From Paraspadella gotoi (taxonomy: Eukaryota; Animalia; Chaetognatha): a DNA stretch of 64,000 nt. This document shows, piece after piece, positions 27,691 through 41,858 of this stretch (position 1 is its first letter; every line of letters begins with the position of its first letter). Made by a program: the position numbers and the translations under genes. The stretch spans positions 18,338,631 through 18,402,630 of the forward strand of contig CM119265.1 in assembly GCA_051294375.1 (NCBI GenBank), given 5' to 3'. The notes beneath the pieces were generated by a model that was given only the letters and a program-made list of their open reading frames with translations, did no database searches and was not told where the DNA came from.

Positions 27691-28894
27691 GAGGAGACGA
27701 GAAGGAAGTTGAAGCCTTTGATGGATGAGACGACAGAGGTCGAGTCCCGAGGCTACGAAGGGGGGAGTCGCAGGGGGGAGTCGAAAGGGGCGAGTGAAGA
27801 AAGGGGGGGGGCGGGTCGCCCATGGGAGGGAAAAAACGAGACTTGGAAGAAATCCTGAAAAATGACTCGAAATGGGATGGAATGGAAAAGGCGGGGGCAA
27901 AAGAAGGGGAGGGAGGCTGGAGTGGGGAGAAACGTGGGAAGGGGGGGGCGGGAATTTGAAAACCGGACTCTAGTTATGAGAGTAAAGAGATGAGCATAAT
28001 GTAAAATAGAAAGTGTGGACCCTGGCTACGAAGTAGAGGCTTCAGCGATTTGTCTGTAGTGTAGCTATGGAAACCAAGTTGTAGACGGCAGGAAATGGAG
28101 GAGAGGAAAGAAATTTAAAAAGTTTAAACTATTGTTACGAGTTTAGTTTAGTTTAGCATATTATGATTATGATTAGAGATAAATGCTGAGTACATATTCG
28201 TGATAAGTTAGGCGGAGAAAAAAAAATATCGGATATCTTTGGTCAAAGAAAAAAGAGGTCTAAGATTGAATAGCGCTGAAGGACGACAAGAAAGGAGACG
28301 ATGACGATGACGACGACGACGACGACGAAAACGACGAAGACGACGACCACGATTTTCTCCAGGATGTCTCGATGTTGAGAAGAAATTCTCGATGGAGAAA
28401 TAAATAGAGAGACAAAAGAAGGAAGAGATAAAAAGAGATGGAGAGGGAGAGAGTGAGTGAGCGAAAACGGCGCCAGAGAAAAACTAATATATTTTTTTTG
28501 CAGAGATAAAAAAATAAGTCTTCGAATCGGAGGTAATTAGACGAGAGCTCAGAGATTTCTTGGGAATCGGATTGGCGCTAAAATTCGCTTAATACTTAAG
28601 CACCGACTTTTCTGACACGTTACCCTTTCATTTCTCTCTTCTGTTTTACGCAGCGTTATTTCGTCTACTAAGCCTAGTTTACGTATCTTTTATTTTCTCA
28701 AGCACTTTTCCTATTTTTTATTTTCTCAAGCACTTTTCCTATTTTCCTTCATTTCCTTTTTTCTACTCAGTATCTCCCTTCAATTAGTTTTCTTTTAACA
28801 ACTCCTTTTCCATCTTCCCCCTTTACTCTCCCTTCCCTTTCCCCCTTTTCCTTTTATCTCTCTTATTTCCTCCAATTTTCCATATTTGTTCTTT

Positions 28895-29373
28895 CTTCCC
28901 ATCTCTCTCTCATCTCATTCTCCCATCTCTCCTCTCTTAATCTCCGATCTCCTCTCCTTTATTTTCCCGTCTCCCCTCCCTCATTCTCCCATTTCCTCTA
29001 TCCTCATTCTCCCATCTTCCTTCAATCATTCTCTTAGTGCCTATTTACTTATTGTCGCATATCCTCTCCCTCATTCTCCCATTTCCTCTTCCCTAATTCT
29101 CCCATCTTCTCTTCCGTCATTCTTCCATCTCCTTCACTCATTCTCCTATCTCCTCTTCCCACATTCTCCCATCTCCCTCACTCGTTTTCCCATCTCCTCT
29201 TCCTTAATTCTCCCATCTTTTCTTCCCTCATTTTCCCATCTCTTCTTCCCTAATTCTCCCATCTTTTCTTCCATCATTCTCCCATCTCCTTCACTCATTC
29301 TCCCATCTCCTCTTCCCTCATTCTCCCATCTCCTTCACTCATTCTCCCATCTCCTCTTTCCTCATTCTCCCAT
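28895..29373 (+). repeat. Pyrimidine-rich minisatellite, 21-23 bp unit (CTCATTCTCCCATCTCCTCTTCC)
   Basis: Roughly 20 degenerate units; accounts for the S/P/L/H-rich ORF 28886-29524. Confidence 0.88.
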
Positions 29374-29913
29374 CATCCCTCGAGTTGATTTTCCAGTCGG
29401 GCAGTCCAATCATAAGACACTGAGGCGTGGGACGGGAGACGAATTCTGGCACCTAGACGTGGAGGAGGGTAAGGGGGAAGGAGGAAGAGGAGGAAGAGGA
29501 GTAGGAGGAAAAGAAAAGTTTTAAGATGGCGGAGACTAGAGACAAGAAAATATTATTGTACACTTAAAAGGAGAGAAAACTAAAATAAGGGCTGAGGAAG
29601 GAAAGTGAGAGAGAAAAGAAATACTGAAAAGGAAAGGGAATATGACCAGAGGGAGGAACGTGATGATATCTGAGTTAGGGAATAGAAATGGGAAATGAAA
29701 AAGAGGAGGAAACCGGAAGAAAAACAAGAAAATGGGAGAGAAAAAGAAGGAAAAAAGAAAAGAAAAAGAAATTAAGACTCTGAAGAGAAAGGAGGCGAGG
29801 AACGTCGGTCAAAGTGCAGAATAAAGGGAGGAAGGAAGAGAGAAAAAAAAGAAAAGAAAAAGAAAAAAAAAGAAAAGAAAGGAGGAATGAAAAAATTGAG
29901 AAAATAAAGAAAG

Positions 29914-30303
29914 AACAAGAACGGTAATTCAATTGTGTTGCGCCGCAGTAACTGCCTTATAACGTGATATGACATGACATGATGTGACATGAAATGACTA
30001 CAAAAACATTCTTAGCCCATGTATTTATGACATGCACTGCATTGGAATTCCGTTTTTTATTGATTATAGTTTTAGGATTTCCTGAAGGCCACGCTAGAAG
30101 TCACTTAAATTTAAGGATTTTCCCTTCTTAATAAATGATCATTGAGCAACCAACTATATGCAACTTGCATTTTAAGTTATGAACATTTCTAACGTAAGTG
30201 GGACAGACCGACGGGCAGACATACCGACCGACCGACAAACTGACCGACAGACCGACCGAAAAGTGACTTATAGAGTTGCTCCGCGAGTACTTGCGAAAGT
30301 AAA
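29914..30303. mobile_element. Helentron/DINE-1-like (HINE-type) non-autonomous element, copy A
   Basis: Starts AACAAGAACGG, has an (ATGAC)n tract and a (GACC/GACA)n microsatellite, then AAGTGACTTATAGAGTTGC, near-palindrome CGCGAGTACTTGCG and TAAAAA. Both ends are shared with the diverged copy at 47348-47810. Confidence 0.6.
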
Positions 30304-30558
30304 AAAAAGAGAAGGAGGAAAGAAAAATGAAAGAAAGAAAGAAAGAAAGAAAGAAGAAGAGAGAAAGCAAGAACAAGAAAGAAAGAAAGAAAGAAGAAAA
30401 TGAAAGGAATAGAGAAAGGAAAAAAATGAGTTGAGCCAGGAGACAAACTATCGACTCTAAAGAAAAATAAAAGAGGAGGAATAAGAACAGGAGGTGACAT
30501 AATGAGAACAACAGAGAACAGATAAGAGAGAGAGAGAGAGAGAGAGAGAAGAGAGGAG

Positions 30559-30596
<38 letters not shown>

Positions 30597-30918
30597 GAGA
30601 GAGAGATGGGATAAAAAAAAACCGTTGAAGCCTTCAGGAGCGAGAGACAGAATAAAGAGAAAATTATGCTGGTTCAATAAAGAACAAAGTGATCATAAAA
30701 TAGGTAATTTATTGTCCAAGTGTTGGTTCACACTCTTCAGTCTCTCGACTCCTCCCATAAAATCCTCCGTGTCAGATCGATTAGATATCTTTCTCTCAGG
30801 TGTCATGCGTATTTGCGTTCGATCCTATTGACATGTCATTTCGACAGGGAGAGATTTTCGATCGTTATCTTTTATCAAGTTTCTACGTTTCCCCAATTGA
30901 ATCACGATTAAATTTCAA

Positions 30919-31021
<103 letters not shown>

Positions 31022-32149
31022 CTGTTTATTCTTTTTTTCTTTCATCTTTGCCACCATTCGCCCCGAGGATTCACTCCTTTTATTTTTCTTGCTTTACTAT
31101 TTGCGTAACGAGGGTAGTAAAAGAAATCAGAACAAAAGTCGTTACAACGCTACTTAATTAAACCCCCATCCCAGTAAAGTCGACTCCGGCCGAATCGAGA
31201 AGCTCTCCTTTCTAATGTAACGATCGAAATTCCACATGTTCCGATTTTCGCAAGAATGAAATACACGGCGAAGGGGGTGGTTCAGGGTTAAAGGTTAAAG
31301 GTTGGTAAGGAGATAGGGAGCCGAGATAGATTTAGCAGACTTTTAAAACTGATTTTAAGTTTTTGGGCGAGGGCTATAATAACGTTTGTTTTAACATGCG
31401 TAAAAAAAAATTTAAGGTGGTAAAATCGACAAATTCAAATTTAAATTAAATTTTTGTTTATGTTTTTAAGGAAAAGTTGGCATTGGGATTGTAAGCATCT
31501 GTCGTCCGTGTTAGCGCTCGACTTTAAACTTAAAGAAGGTTAACTCCTGTAATCTACTTGAACGTAGCCATTTACCACTTTCCCCTCTCCACATCCCAAA
31601 ATTGATGGCCGCTTTAAATGCTCATCAGATGCTCGAACTTCACCGGAAGAGAAGAGGTTGTTGACCCCGGATGTTGACATTTCATTGGTTTTAGGAATGT
31701 AATGTGAATATATATATATATATATAATATATATATTTTTTTAATTGAGTTAAGACTGGTTGCAGTTTGCATTACATTTCAATTGGATTGGGTTTTTTTT
31801 CTCTTTTTTAAAAGTCATGTCTAAACCTCAGGCTGAGATCCGAAACTTGAATATCTAATTCTTTTTTTTTCTGTCTCTTTCTGCATTTAAAATTGGTTTT
31901 TAATTTTTCGTAGGATTTGCATTTAATTTCTTAGAAATATGCGTCGGCGTTTGCGTGGGATTTGCATCGGATTTTCGTCAGATTTGCATCGGATTTGCGT
32001 CAGATTTGCATCGGATTTGCGTTTTCGTTCGCGTCGGCTCAAAACTCACAATCTTTCTCAGGTGATTCGGGAAATTTTCTTCACGTGAGATTCGACTCGT
32101 GTTCGCGGGGAAAAAATCGTCATCGATCACGGGAAACCAGTGGTGAAGT

Positions 32150-32185
<36 letters not shown>

Positions 32186-32512
32186 CGAGAGAGAGTAGAG
32201 AAATGAATAATAAATAGATTGAATAACAGCTATAGAGATGAAGAGACTGAATGATTGATTAAGTGATTCGTCAATCCATTCGAATTTTTGTCTTAAAATC
32301 AAGGAAAATCTTGCCGACGCACGGTTATCGACTACGCCCTCCCCCCCCCCCAAAAAAAAAACCCTTCCCTCCTCAAAATGAAAAAAATAATTTTCTTTAA
32401 AACCAAAACACGTGTTTCTTTTATCCCGTCATTCTTTAAAATCTGGGCCAAGAAAATGAACGCGACTTCGGCGTAATTATTATCTCCGATGTTAAACTTT
32501 TAGTCGTCGCTA

Positions 32513-32546
<34 letters not shown>

Positions 32547-32882
32547 GGAGCTTGTTGTCGTCATCTCCAGTTGTTTTTTTTTTTTTTTAATTTCGTCTCG
32601 GGGTAAATGATATTTTAAAATTTCCCGCGTAATTCGAGTGGAAAGATAAAATAAAAATCGTCAAAATGAAAAATAAATGAACATCGGAGAACAATTTCAG
32701 CGAATTTCTTTTACTTTCTTTTTCTTCCTAAGAATCGGGATTTTTTAAAAATCTTTTTGATAACTTTTTTTTGCACAAAATTCCAAATTCTTTTATCCGA
32801 ATCGAAAATTTTTTTTCCGCTAAAAAGATAAAAAACAATTTTTCTCAAGATAACTTTTTTCTTCCGATGTATAGAAAAAAAA

Positions 32883-32918
<36 letters not shown>

Positions 32919-33322
32919 CTCCTTCTGGAAAAATGCCAAACGTTTGGGTTTAATTTCGTTACCATATTTGAATAGCGGGGTCCGTCGGCGCTACTTGGGT
33001 GGCGGACGCTCTAAACTTTCGACAATAATCGTAAAAGGAAAAAATCCTCATTCGCCCGAAAAAGAAACATTACTCCCTCCCGGAAAATTAAAAAAAAATA
33101 AAATAAAAAGAAGCGAAAACCATCAAAAAGATTTTTTGTCGGTGGTTAAGCGCTTTTAAAAATCGTTAAATGAAATCGCCTCAATTTGAATAAAAACGTC
33201 TATTTTTGGCTAATTTCCTCGCGAATCGTAGCTCTTAATTCGGTTTTACTTTCTTTCCTTTTTTTTTCAAACCGGTTTATTTACTTTAAGTCTATTTATT
33301 TTCCGCAATAGAAAGTACGAAC

Positions 33323-33418
33323 CTGCATTTGGTGAAGAGACCGAGAGTCGGATGATCGAGAAGCCACTTGGGCATCCAACCCAAATGACAGTCGCAATGG
33401 AAGAGGTTGTCTTGAAGC
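33323..33418 (-). CDS. slit: slit coding exon 5 (last D1 LRR + LRRCT first half)
   Basis: Acceptor cgcctgtcag|; (R)LQDNLFHCDCHLGWMPKWLLDHPTLGLFTKC+AG, the Slit CDCHLxW...PxLGLFTxC motif; donor |GTTCGT; 96 nt, phase 2 to 2. Confidence 0.94.
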
Positions 33419-33975
33419 CTGACAGGCGGAACCAAGAAAATATATTTTCAGCCGTCGAAAATAAGATTTAAAATATGAAAATAAAATAATTTGCTTCAAA
33501 TTTTTTTATGAAGAATTTGCAATTTGAATTTACAAGTTTTCAACCAAATTTTACAATAGTGATTGTGATAATTCTGGAAGTGAAAAAAATAGAGGCAAAG
33601 ATTGAAATTCCTTAAATGAATCAATATTAAATTATTTTTTAGAGATTGGTTGTAACACTAATTTCATAAAAGAATTAGATAACTAAATTTTCAGGCCGAA
33701 TATTCCAAACAGGACGGAAGTCTTAAACGATCTACTCCAAAAAAAAACGCCTTGCTTAAAATGAAAGGTAAAAAAATAATCCTAATCAAATACGTGAGTG
33801 AATTGTGGTGATTAGTGATTCGTGATGTCTGTGAGTCTAAACTCGAATTTGAAAGTGAAAAATCGAAATCATCTCTTTTGGTCTTAAATTCCCTCTTGAC
33901 TCTTTTTCATCAAATCTTTTGAGATTCGAAATCGGATTTCAAAAAAATTCGGTTTTATTTCCAAAAGTAATTTTA

Positions 33976-34019
<44 letters not shown>

Positions 34020-34202
34020 TCATTGTCACTTTGTTAAAAAGTGGAGCGTGAACTACAAGAGTTACATGTAAACAGAATTTTTCACCTTCGGCGAAATTAA
34101 TCGTTTATCATTTTCAGTTGAGGCGACGAAATCGTAATTGCGTTGGCGCCGCGGAAAATATTTCGCGGTGGGAGTTAAAATCGATTGTAAAACGAGGTTC
34201 AC

Positions 34203-34291
34203 CTGAAAGTCCTCAGTTTTCGCATGTTGCTCAACATCCCCAAGCTGAACGTCGTCAAATTATTGTTGTTGAAGGTCAGAATCTCCATATC
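34203..34291 (-). CDS. slit: slit coding exon 4 (D1 LRR)
   Basis: Acceptor ttttttcag|; DMEILTFNNNNLTTFSLGMLSNMRKLRTF+AG; donor |GTGAAC; 89 nt, phase 0 to 2. Not in the ORF track in this frame. Confidence 0.92.
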
Positions 34292-35009
34292 CTGAAAAAA
34301 GAAAACAGTTTTTTCTTGTAATTAAAAATTGTTCTTTTCTATTTTGTGACCAAAGACCAATAAGAGGTTGTTTTTTTTTATTTGGTCATTAAATCTATAT
34401 TTTTTAATACAAGGGACAAGATAGCTTATTTTTTATATGAGTGAATAATTTTGTATTGGTTTTACTAATTTCATATAATTTCAGTTTTTATTTTAGTTTT
34501 TCTTTTTGTATTTTTTAATAAACGGCGCTTCGGCCTTCGTGCAATTAAATATCAAGCTTATGTCGATATTTAAGACCCCCTTCTTTAAAAAAAAAATATA
34601 TTTTCTGTTCCCCGCACTTCATTCATAATTTTCAATAAATCATTTTATCGAAAGATTTTTAATCCTTAATTTTTTCTAATCATTTTTTTTTTCGTCATTT
34701 TTTTTTAATAATGGATAGAAAAAGATAAAAATTCTAATTTTTTTTTTTCAGATTCCAGCTATCGGTCCGCTTCCTGTGACGCTTTTTTTTGAGGATTAAA
34801 TATTCATTACCGAATAATAAATATTTTTTTAAAATATCGAGAAACGCTTCTGAAATCTGAGGCGAACCAATATAATAACGGTTTTTATTTCGGTATAAAA
34901 AAATGACGACCTCGGTTTTTTTTTTATTCAGATAAATGAGTATATATATACTATATATATTATATAGATAGAAAGATAAATATATTAGATAGATAGAAAG
35001 ATAAATTTA

Positions 35010-35157
<148 letters not shown>

Positions 35158-35272
35158 GGAATGAAAAATAAAGAGATTGGAGGTTTAATCATCAAATTTT
35201 CGCACACGAAACACCCCAGCGAAGCTTTCCCGTCGGATTCAATTCACTCCCTAATTAACGAACTCGCTTCAC

Positions 35273-35471
35273 CTTGAAAGGTTTGATAGCGGACTCTGAC
35301 ACGCAGTTCAATACATTGTTGTCCAGCTGAAGGTTTTTGAGGTAAGGGCATCCTCTGAGGGTCTTTCGGGAGATGGTCTTCAACCTGTTGTGGCTGAGGT
35401 CGAGGCGAAGGAGCTTCGACATGCTGGAGAAGAGGTTGTCCGGCAACGAGGTCAGCCGGTTCCTGTTGATT
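35273..35471 (-). CDS. slit: slit coding exon 3 (D1 LRRs)
   Basis: Acceptor tttctctccccag|; (R)INRNRLTSLPDNLFSSMSKLLRLDLSHNRLKTISRKTLRGCPYLKNLQLDNNVLNCVSESAIKPFK; donor AAG|GTGAAG; 199 nt, phase 2 to 0. Confidence 0.93.
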
Positions 35472-36453
35472 CTGGGGAGAGAAAGGGGGGACGGAGTAAG
35501 GGAAGGTGAGGTAGGAAACCGAGTAAGTTTATGTGAGGAGCGTGATTTAAAACGTGAAAAAGAATATGCCGCCGTTCACCAAAGTATATTCTTTATTAAT
35601 ACACACTGCAACTCAAAACAATCTCCTTTTTTCATCAACCAATAAACTAAAATATTCAACTACGCTTTCATGACGATCCCTCGAAAAACAAATGAGCGAA
35701 ATTCAAAACGAAAACAGGACGAGAATAGAAAGGATTAAATTGATTTTTAAAAAAGGGGATGAATTTTTTTTTTTTCAAATAAATTTCCCGCCATTGTTTT
35801 TAATAAATGCGCAGCTGGCGTTGAGAAGCAAAAATTTCCTATTTTTAAACCTTTATTTCCCCACTTTCGATATCGTTGTGGTGCTTTGCCCTTTATATTT
35901 TTATTTCTCAGACTCTATTTATGTCTGTTTTCTCTATTCGCCGGATAGTTCTCATTTCTTTCTTACTTTTTCACATTTTCTTGCTTTCTCCTAATGAACT
36001 TTTTAGCGAATCAGTCAACGTTCTGAATTGTAGTCATCGCGCACTCCGTCTCTGTCGTTTTCGACGTCTTCGAGGGGTCATTCGTCCCCGCATGTACTTT
36101 TCCGGACAATTTATGATCCTTTTTGTCGTCTTGATGTTTGTCGACCTCGCCGTCGTTACCGTCGGTTTCGCGGAATAAAATATTTTCCTCATTTCATTAT
36201 TAAGTCATTTCATCATTCGTCCGGTCAAATTTTGCCTTTTTTTCCCTAGATTTTTTATTTATCTTTTTCTTCGCCTTCCTCTGCGATCTTTATTTATTCC
36301 GCCGTCGTCGTCGTTGTCTTCGTCGTCGTCGTCGTCGTTCTTCCTGACGTCTACCGGCGTAAAGATGTTCGTCAACAATCGAAAGTTGATCGAAAGATGT
36401 TATTTTTTTCTTGTTAAAATATTTGTCTTTAATAAAAGAGACTCGGGCGGATT

Positions 36454-36560
<107 letters not shown>

Positions 36561-36736
36561 AGTGTGAGCGAATGAGAGATTTTTTTTGTTTTCATAAACT
36601 TTGTAAAGTGGATGGCTCATTGAATCTGTCTATTGAATAGAAAAAGTTAAACTCAAATTGTCGCTAAATTTTTAAAAGAAAAAAAAAAGACGAGAAACTT
36701 CAGTTTTACTTTGACAGGCATCGTTCTAATCCTTGT

Positions 36737-36781
36737 CATAATCATAATCATAATCATAATCATAATCATAATCATAATCAT
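36737..36781. repeat. (ATCATA)n microsatellite
   Basis: Directly visible. Confidence 0.93.
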
Positions 36782-36972
36782 CGTTCTAATCCTTATCATA
36801 ATTTTAAAAAAAACCCATAATTTTTTCAAAAAATTTAGGGGTAAAAATTCCAAGGAAACTTTTTAAAAATTTTTATACAGATATTTGAACTCTAACATTA
36901 ATTCTCATGAAAAAAATTCGTTAGAAAATGAATCAAAAAGAAAAGAAAGAAAGGAAAAAAATTAAGAAGGAT

Positions 36973-37071
<99 letters not shown>

Positions 37072-37073
37072 AA
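36973..37073. repeat. (GAAA)n microsatellite
   Basis: Directly visible. Confidence 0.95.
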
Positions 37074-37299
37074 TCATTAACTTTACCCATGGATGAGTTC
37101 GCTTAGACACCTTGATGAACGCCGAAGACACCTTCGTCTTAATCGTCGTCCTAGTTGTCGTCGTCGTCGTCGTCGCCCTTCCCCAACGGTTCGACATTCA
37201 TGTTTTATTTCTTGTTATAACACGTTTGAGGTGGCGATTATCATTTCGTTTCCCCGGCCATAACTGTCTGTCTTTGTCTGAAAGTCATACCTAGTTCTA

Positions 37300-37363
<64 letters not shown>

Positions 37364-37409
37364 TCCCATACCAATTTTTCTAATTCAGTCGTCCGATTAT
37401 ATCACCTCT

Positions 37410-37472
<63 letters not shown>

Positions 37473-38023
37473 CTTTCTAACTCTGAAACTCGGTTCCAGG
37501 TCCCATCGATTCCATATTTCAAATCTCGACGAGGATTTCGACAAGAGAGACAATCGAGAGTCGGGTCCATTTTTCAAATCTCCGCCGGCAACACCCAATT
37601 TTTGCACTTTCAGTTGGCCACGCCCACTTTTTCGACCACGCCTATATAGAAAGTCGTAGTGCACCACTTTGCCACTTCTCTACTACTCTTATGAAGGGCC
37701 TACCCTTTTTCCATCCCCGGCTCTCGTCCCTTTCGCCCCCCACGCCCCTATTCTCTCTTCCCCTCACCCTTCCTCTTACCCATCGATCCTCATGGAATGA
37801 CCTCAGCCTCATAACTCATGGCCCACCCTCCCGAGGCTCAGCCCCAATAGGATTCTAAATTTGGCCGCCGAGAAATCCATTTCGGTGTCTCGGCCTCAGC
37901 GCTGCCACGTTTTTTTGAACCACAATCCCACCGAATCTTATCCACACTAACCCTTAGAACGAAATCAACTACGGCACCGCGCGACACTGCTAACATCCCC
38001 ACTCGGCACTCCCTCAAACGAAC

Positions 38024-38160
38024 CTCAGCCTCTCCATGGACTGCAAATCGGCGAAGGCTCCTTTCTCGATGCTGGAGATTTTGTTGTCCAGCAGATGGAG
38101 AATCTTGAGGCGTTTGAGGCCGGCGAAGTCGCCGCGACGAATCGCCGTCAAGTTGTTGCC
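38024..38160 (-). CDS. slit: slit coding exon 2 (D1 LRRs)
   Basis: Acceptor ccattccag|; [45 protein letters not shown]+AG; donor |GTTCGT; 137 nt, phase 0 to 2. Confidence 0.93.
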
Positions 38161-38439
38161 CTGGAATGGAGGGGGGGGGCATTCGAGGATGAGTAAATGA
38201 AAAGAACTGAGAAGGGTCAGGACAGAATATAATGGAGAGAGCGAAAAAGACGCGGCGACATCCGACAGCAGTGAGATGGCGGCAACTAAGAGGAGGAGTT
38301 CGGAGATATTGGGCTCTCTTAACGGAAAGCAGCAGAAATTCACATTATAGCGATATTAGCATTACAGGAGATACAGCGATGGAACCGGATCGGAAGCTCG
38401 AGTGTTAACAAATTCAGAAACAGTAACCATAACGGTATC

Positions 38440-39705
38440 AATAACAGAGTAAAAAGACTAGCTTTTTAAGGGATAAAAAGTTTATGAAAAATTAGACTTT
38501 TTAAAATAAATGTAAAAATTTAATAAATTTAACCATATATTAGATTTAATTATATTCTTTATATAGAGTATATTCTTTTATAATGTTATGGGGAGAGGGA
38601 TGTTCGTGTTGTCTTCTGGAAAAAGAGGGAGCAGAGCAATTATACAACACAAAGTCAAAAGTTACTTTCTGTCCTAGTTTTCTAATTAGATATGACACAT
38701 CATTCTTGTTAAGAAGTCATTTATTGAAAATTCAAAATATCTAAAAAGACTGAACAGAAAGGGGTGGAGAAAATAATTTGTTATGGGATTATGGTTATTT
38801 ATGATTCGTTATTGTTGAGGGTTAAGACTACAAGGTAGAATTGTATGTTCTGATAGGGATACATACCGAGGAAAGCTTTTTAAAGAAAGGGGCGTCCTTA
38901 TATATTACATGTAAATTTAATAATCTTATTTGTTATTCTTATATTTTATAGAATACATTTGTTATTTATTTTTTAATATTTTTATATATGTTCAAAAAAA
39001 TTTTCGAGGTCATCAATTGGGAATTCATATCTTTCATAGATTTCGGCTCTTTAATCCCAATATCCAGAGTAACAGAGTAAAAAGACTAGCTTTTTTAAGG
39101 GATAAAAAGTTTATATCATATCAAATATATAAAACATATAGAATGAATTTTTAATATTTTTTTCTTTTAATTAAGTAATAAAAAATAGGAACTGACGTAC
39201 TTCAGTAACTCTCTAAAAACGAGAGCGTTATAAATTGCCTAATAACTTAGGAGAGCTAAAGATTTATATATGGCTTCTGTGTGTAATTGCCTATCGAAAG
39301 AACTAAATAATAAACTTTGAATTTGACCATGTAACTTTTTTATATCTTAGCTCACAAACAAGTTTGAGTTTATGAATTAACGAACTGAGATTTTAATCCT
39401 CAATTCATTTAGTTACTTCAATTTCCGTTAAATTTTAAACACGCAAAATTTATGCTAAAAGAAAAAAAAATAGCAATGTTGAAAAAAAGTGCTTCAAAAA
39501 ATGTACTGCAATATGCAAATTATATTTTTAACATTCCGTACTCAATTGACAAAAAGTAACAATAATAAGCTTTTTTAAGGGATAAAAAGTTTATATTATA
39601 TCATATATATAAAATATATAGAATCAGTTTTTCAGAGGGACTGACGGACTTCAATAACTCTCTAAAAACGAGAGTGTTATAGATTGGCCTATAACTTAGG
39701 CGAGA
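38440..39705 (+). repeat. Local dispersed direct repeats in slit intron 1
   Basis: GCTTTTT(T)AAGGGATAAAAAGTTTAT at about 38460, 39090 and 39570; CTGACG(T/G)ACTTCA(G/A)TAACTCTCTAAAAACGAGAG at about 39192 and 39641. Confidence 0.8.
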
Positions 39706-40672
39706 TAATGGATTAGTTTAGCTTTTTTTTTTCGAAGATTAAATCAGGATAAAAGCCGAATTTTGCTAATTCACTAAACATTAAAAGTCATATATTGTTA
39801 TTACCAATTAAGAGCCATACAAAATAACGTTGAGTTATCAGTTTATATATGCTGACTAATTTTAATACATATTAATAATAGAAATTTAAAATCCAATTGA
39901 AAGTGAAATTGATTTTCAAATTTTTTTTTCTGCAATATAAAATATACAAAAATCACCTGACAGTTGTTTCCTTTATAAAAAAGTTTTGAGACTTTTTTTT
40001 CTTTTTTCATTATCAGTCTTCCTCATTATTGACAACCGTGTCTTAACCATCCCACGATCTGGCTGTTGGTTTTCTTTCTTCCCCCATCCCATTCTGACGT
40101 CGTTTTTTATGTTAGCGTCGTCGTTGTCGTCGTCGTCGTCGTCATTTGTGGCGCCGAGATAGAAAATTGTACAGAAAAAGAATGAAAATCTCAGGAAACA
40201 AAAAAAAATAGAAAGGGAAAACAAATCAGAAATTTTATTGAATTTGTTTGAATGGAGATTTAGCGGAAATCCTCTTATAAAAAAGTTATTATTCCCCATT
40301 TTTAAATTTTTCAAAGCAAATATTATTATTTTTCAAAGCAAATATTATTATTTTTCAAGGAAGGATTAACGCTTGATCCTCACACCCCCCCCCCAAAAAA
40401 GAAAAAAAACTTTCGTCTCTGCTCTGTCCTTTTAAATTCTCTTTGTATTTTTGTTTTTAATTTTGTTCTCCTATTTTTTTAAAACATTTAACGATCTCCG
40501 TTTTCTTTTGTTTCTTTCAAATGTTTGAAAAGGCGTCGCCATCTCCTCAGCCTCCTTCAACCTGCCTCACCCTGAAAAAAAAAGCCACGCCTACCATCTC
40601 TTTCCTCAGGCTCAGTTCCTTATACGGGGCAAAATAACGAGAGAGCTCATCAAGCCGAGTGTCTCTCTCACA

Positions 40673-40784
<112 letters not shown>

Positions 40785-41385
40785 TCTGTCTCGTTTTATT
40801 CCTTTCGGTTTCATTAGCGGTCGGCATCTTCTCTTCCTCGAAGGTTTTGCCTTTTTTATCCTTTTCTACGGAGACACTTTTTTCACTCCTCTCTTTTTTT
40901 CCCTTCCTTTCTCTTTTCTTTTCTTTACCTCTCTTTTTCCGTATCTCGTCTCGGAGGGAGGGAGGGAGGCGGAGACCCCGAAGCTCAGGAAGACGATTTG
41001 CAGTCGACGAAAACAACAACGACAACGAAGACGACGACGACGATGACAAAGACGTCAAAAATTAGGCGACGACGATGACGACAATGTGCTCAGTAAGAAA
41101 CGGAAAGAAAAGTAGTAACAAGAGAGTAAACGATTTTATTTTGTAAAAAGACGAAAACGATGAAAAGAAAACTAGAGAGTTAGTAGTAAAATGAGATTAA
41201 AAATCGGTTCGTAACAGACGACGTCGCAACCGGTTTACCTTTAATGTCACAACGATAATTTAAAAACTTTATGAGACGAAACTCTAAACTTACATCAAAT
41301 AATTTTAATCGACGCTCCAACCTCGACCAAAAGAGCGAAACTATTTCCGGAAATCTTCAGAGACGCAACGTCAATGGTTGGCGGA

Positions 41386-41433
<48 letters not shown>

Positions 41434-41858
41434 GTCATCATCGCCTCCTTCCGTATTTAGTCAATCCTCGAAAGGATAAATATTTTGTCTGGAATTATGC
41501 GACTTGGACCAAACGTTGGAAAACATCGCGGGGTGGCTACGAGCGGCTCTTAGAGGCCGTGGCAACAACATCTGCTGCGGTCGGACACGAATAAGTGTCT
41601 TAGCGGTCTTCTCAGTTTCCCTCGTCACAACAAATCGGTTACCGCATTAGATTCGGTGATTTCTCACGCAATCCCCTTTTTGCCCTAAAGATCTACGATC
41701 CTTTCGCCCTTTGGTCGTAAAAATAACCTCACGATATTTCACTAGTGCTCGGCAAAGGTTCAATTTGAGTTAATCACTAAAAAAAATGTAAAAAAAAAAC
41801 CAACCAAACAAACAAACACAAAACCAATTTTTAAAAAAACGTTTTCTCCTCCGGTTAC

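Noticed and set aside
27014-27823. 269-aa ORF and the 212-aa ORF at 28886-29524
   Set aside because: Translations of the minisatellites; low complexity, no domain.
29385-29456. Strong polypyrimidine tract + TAG acceptor on the minus strand
   Set aside because: The frame required after exon 5 hits a stop within 14 codons; the tract is explained by a GGA-rich repeat.
32962-33011. Possible phase 2-to-2 mini-exon (tttag|A...TG|GTAACG) after exon 5
   Set aside because: Would interrupt the LRRCT, which exon 6 already completes; weak acceptor.
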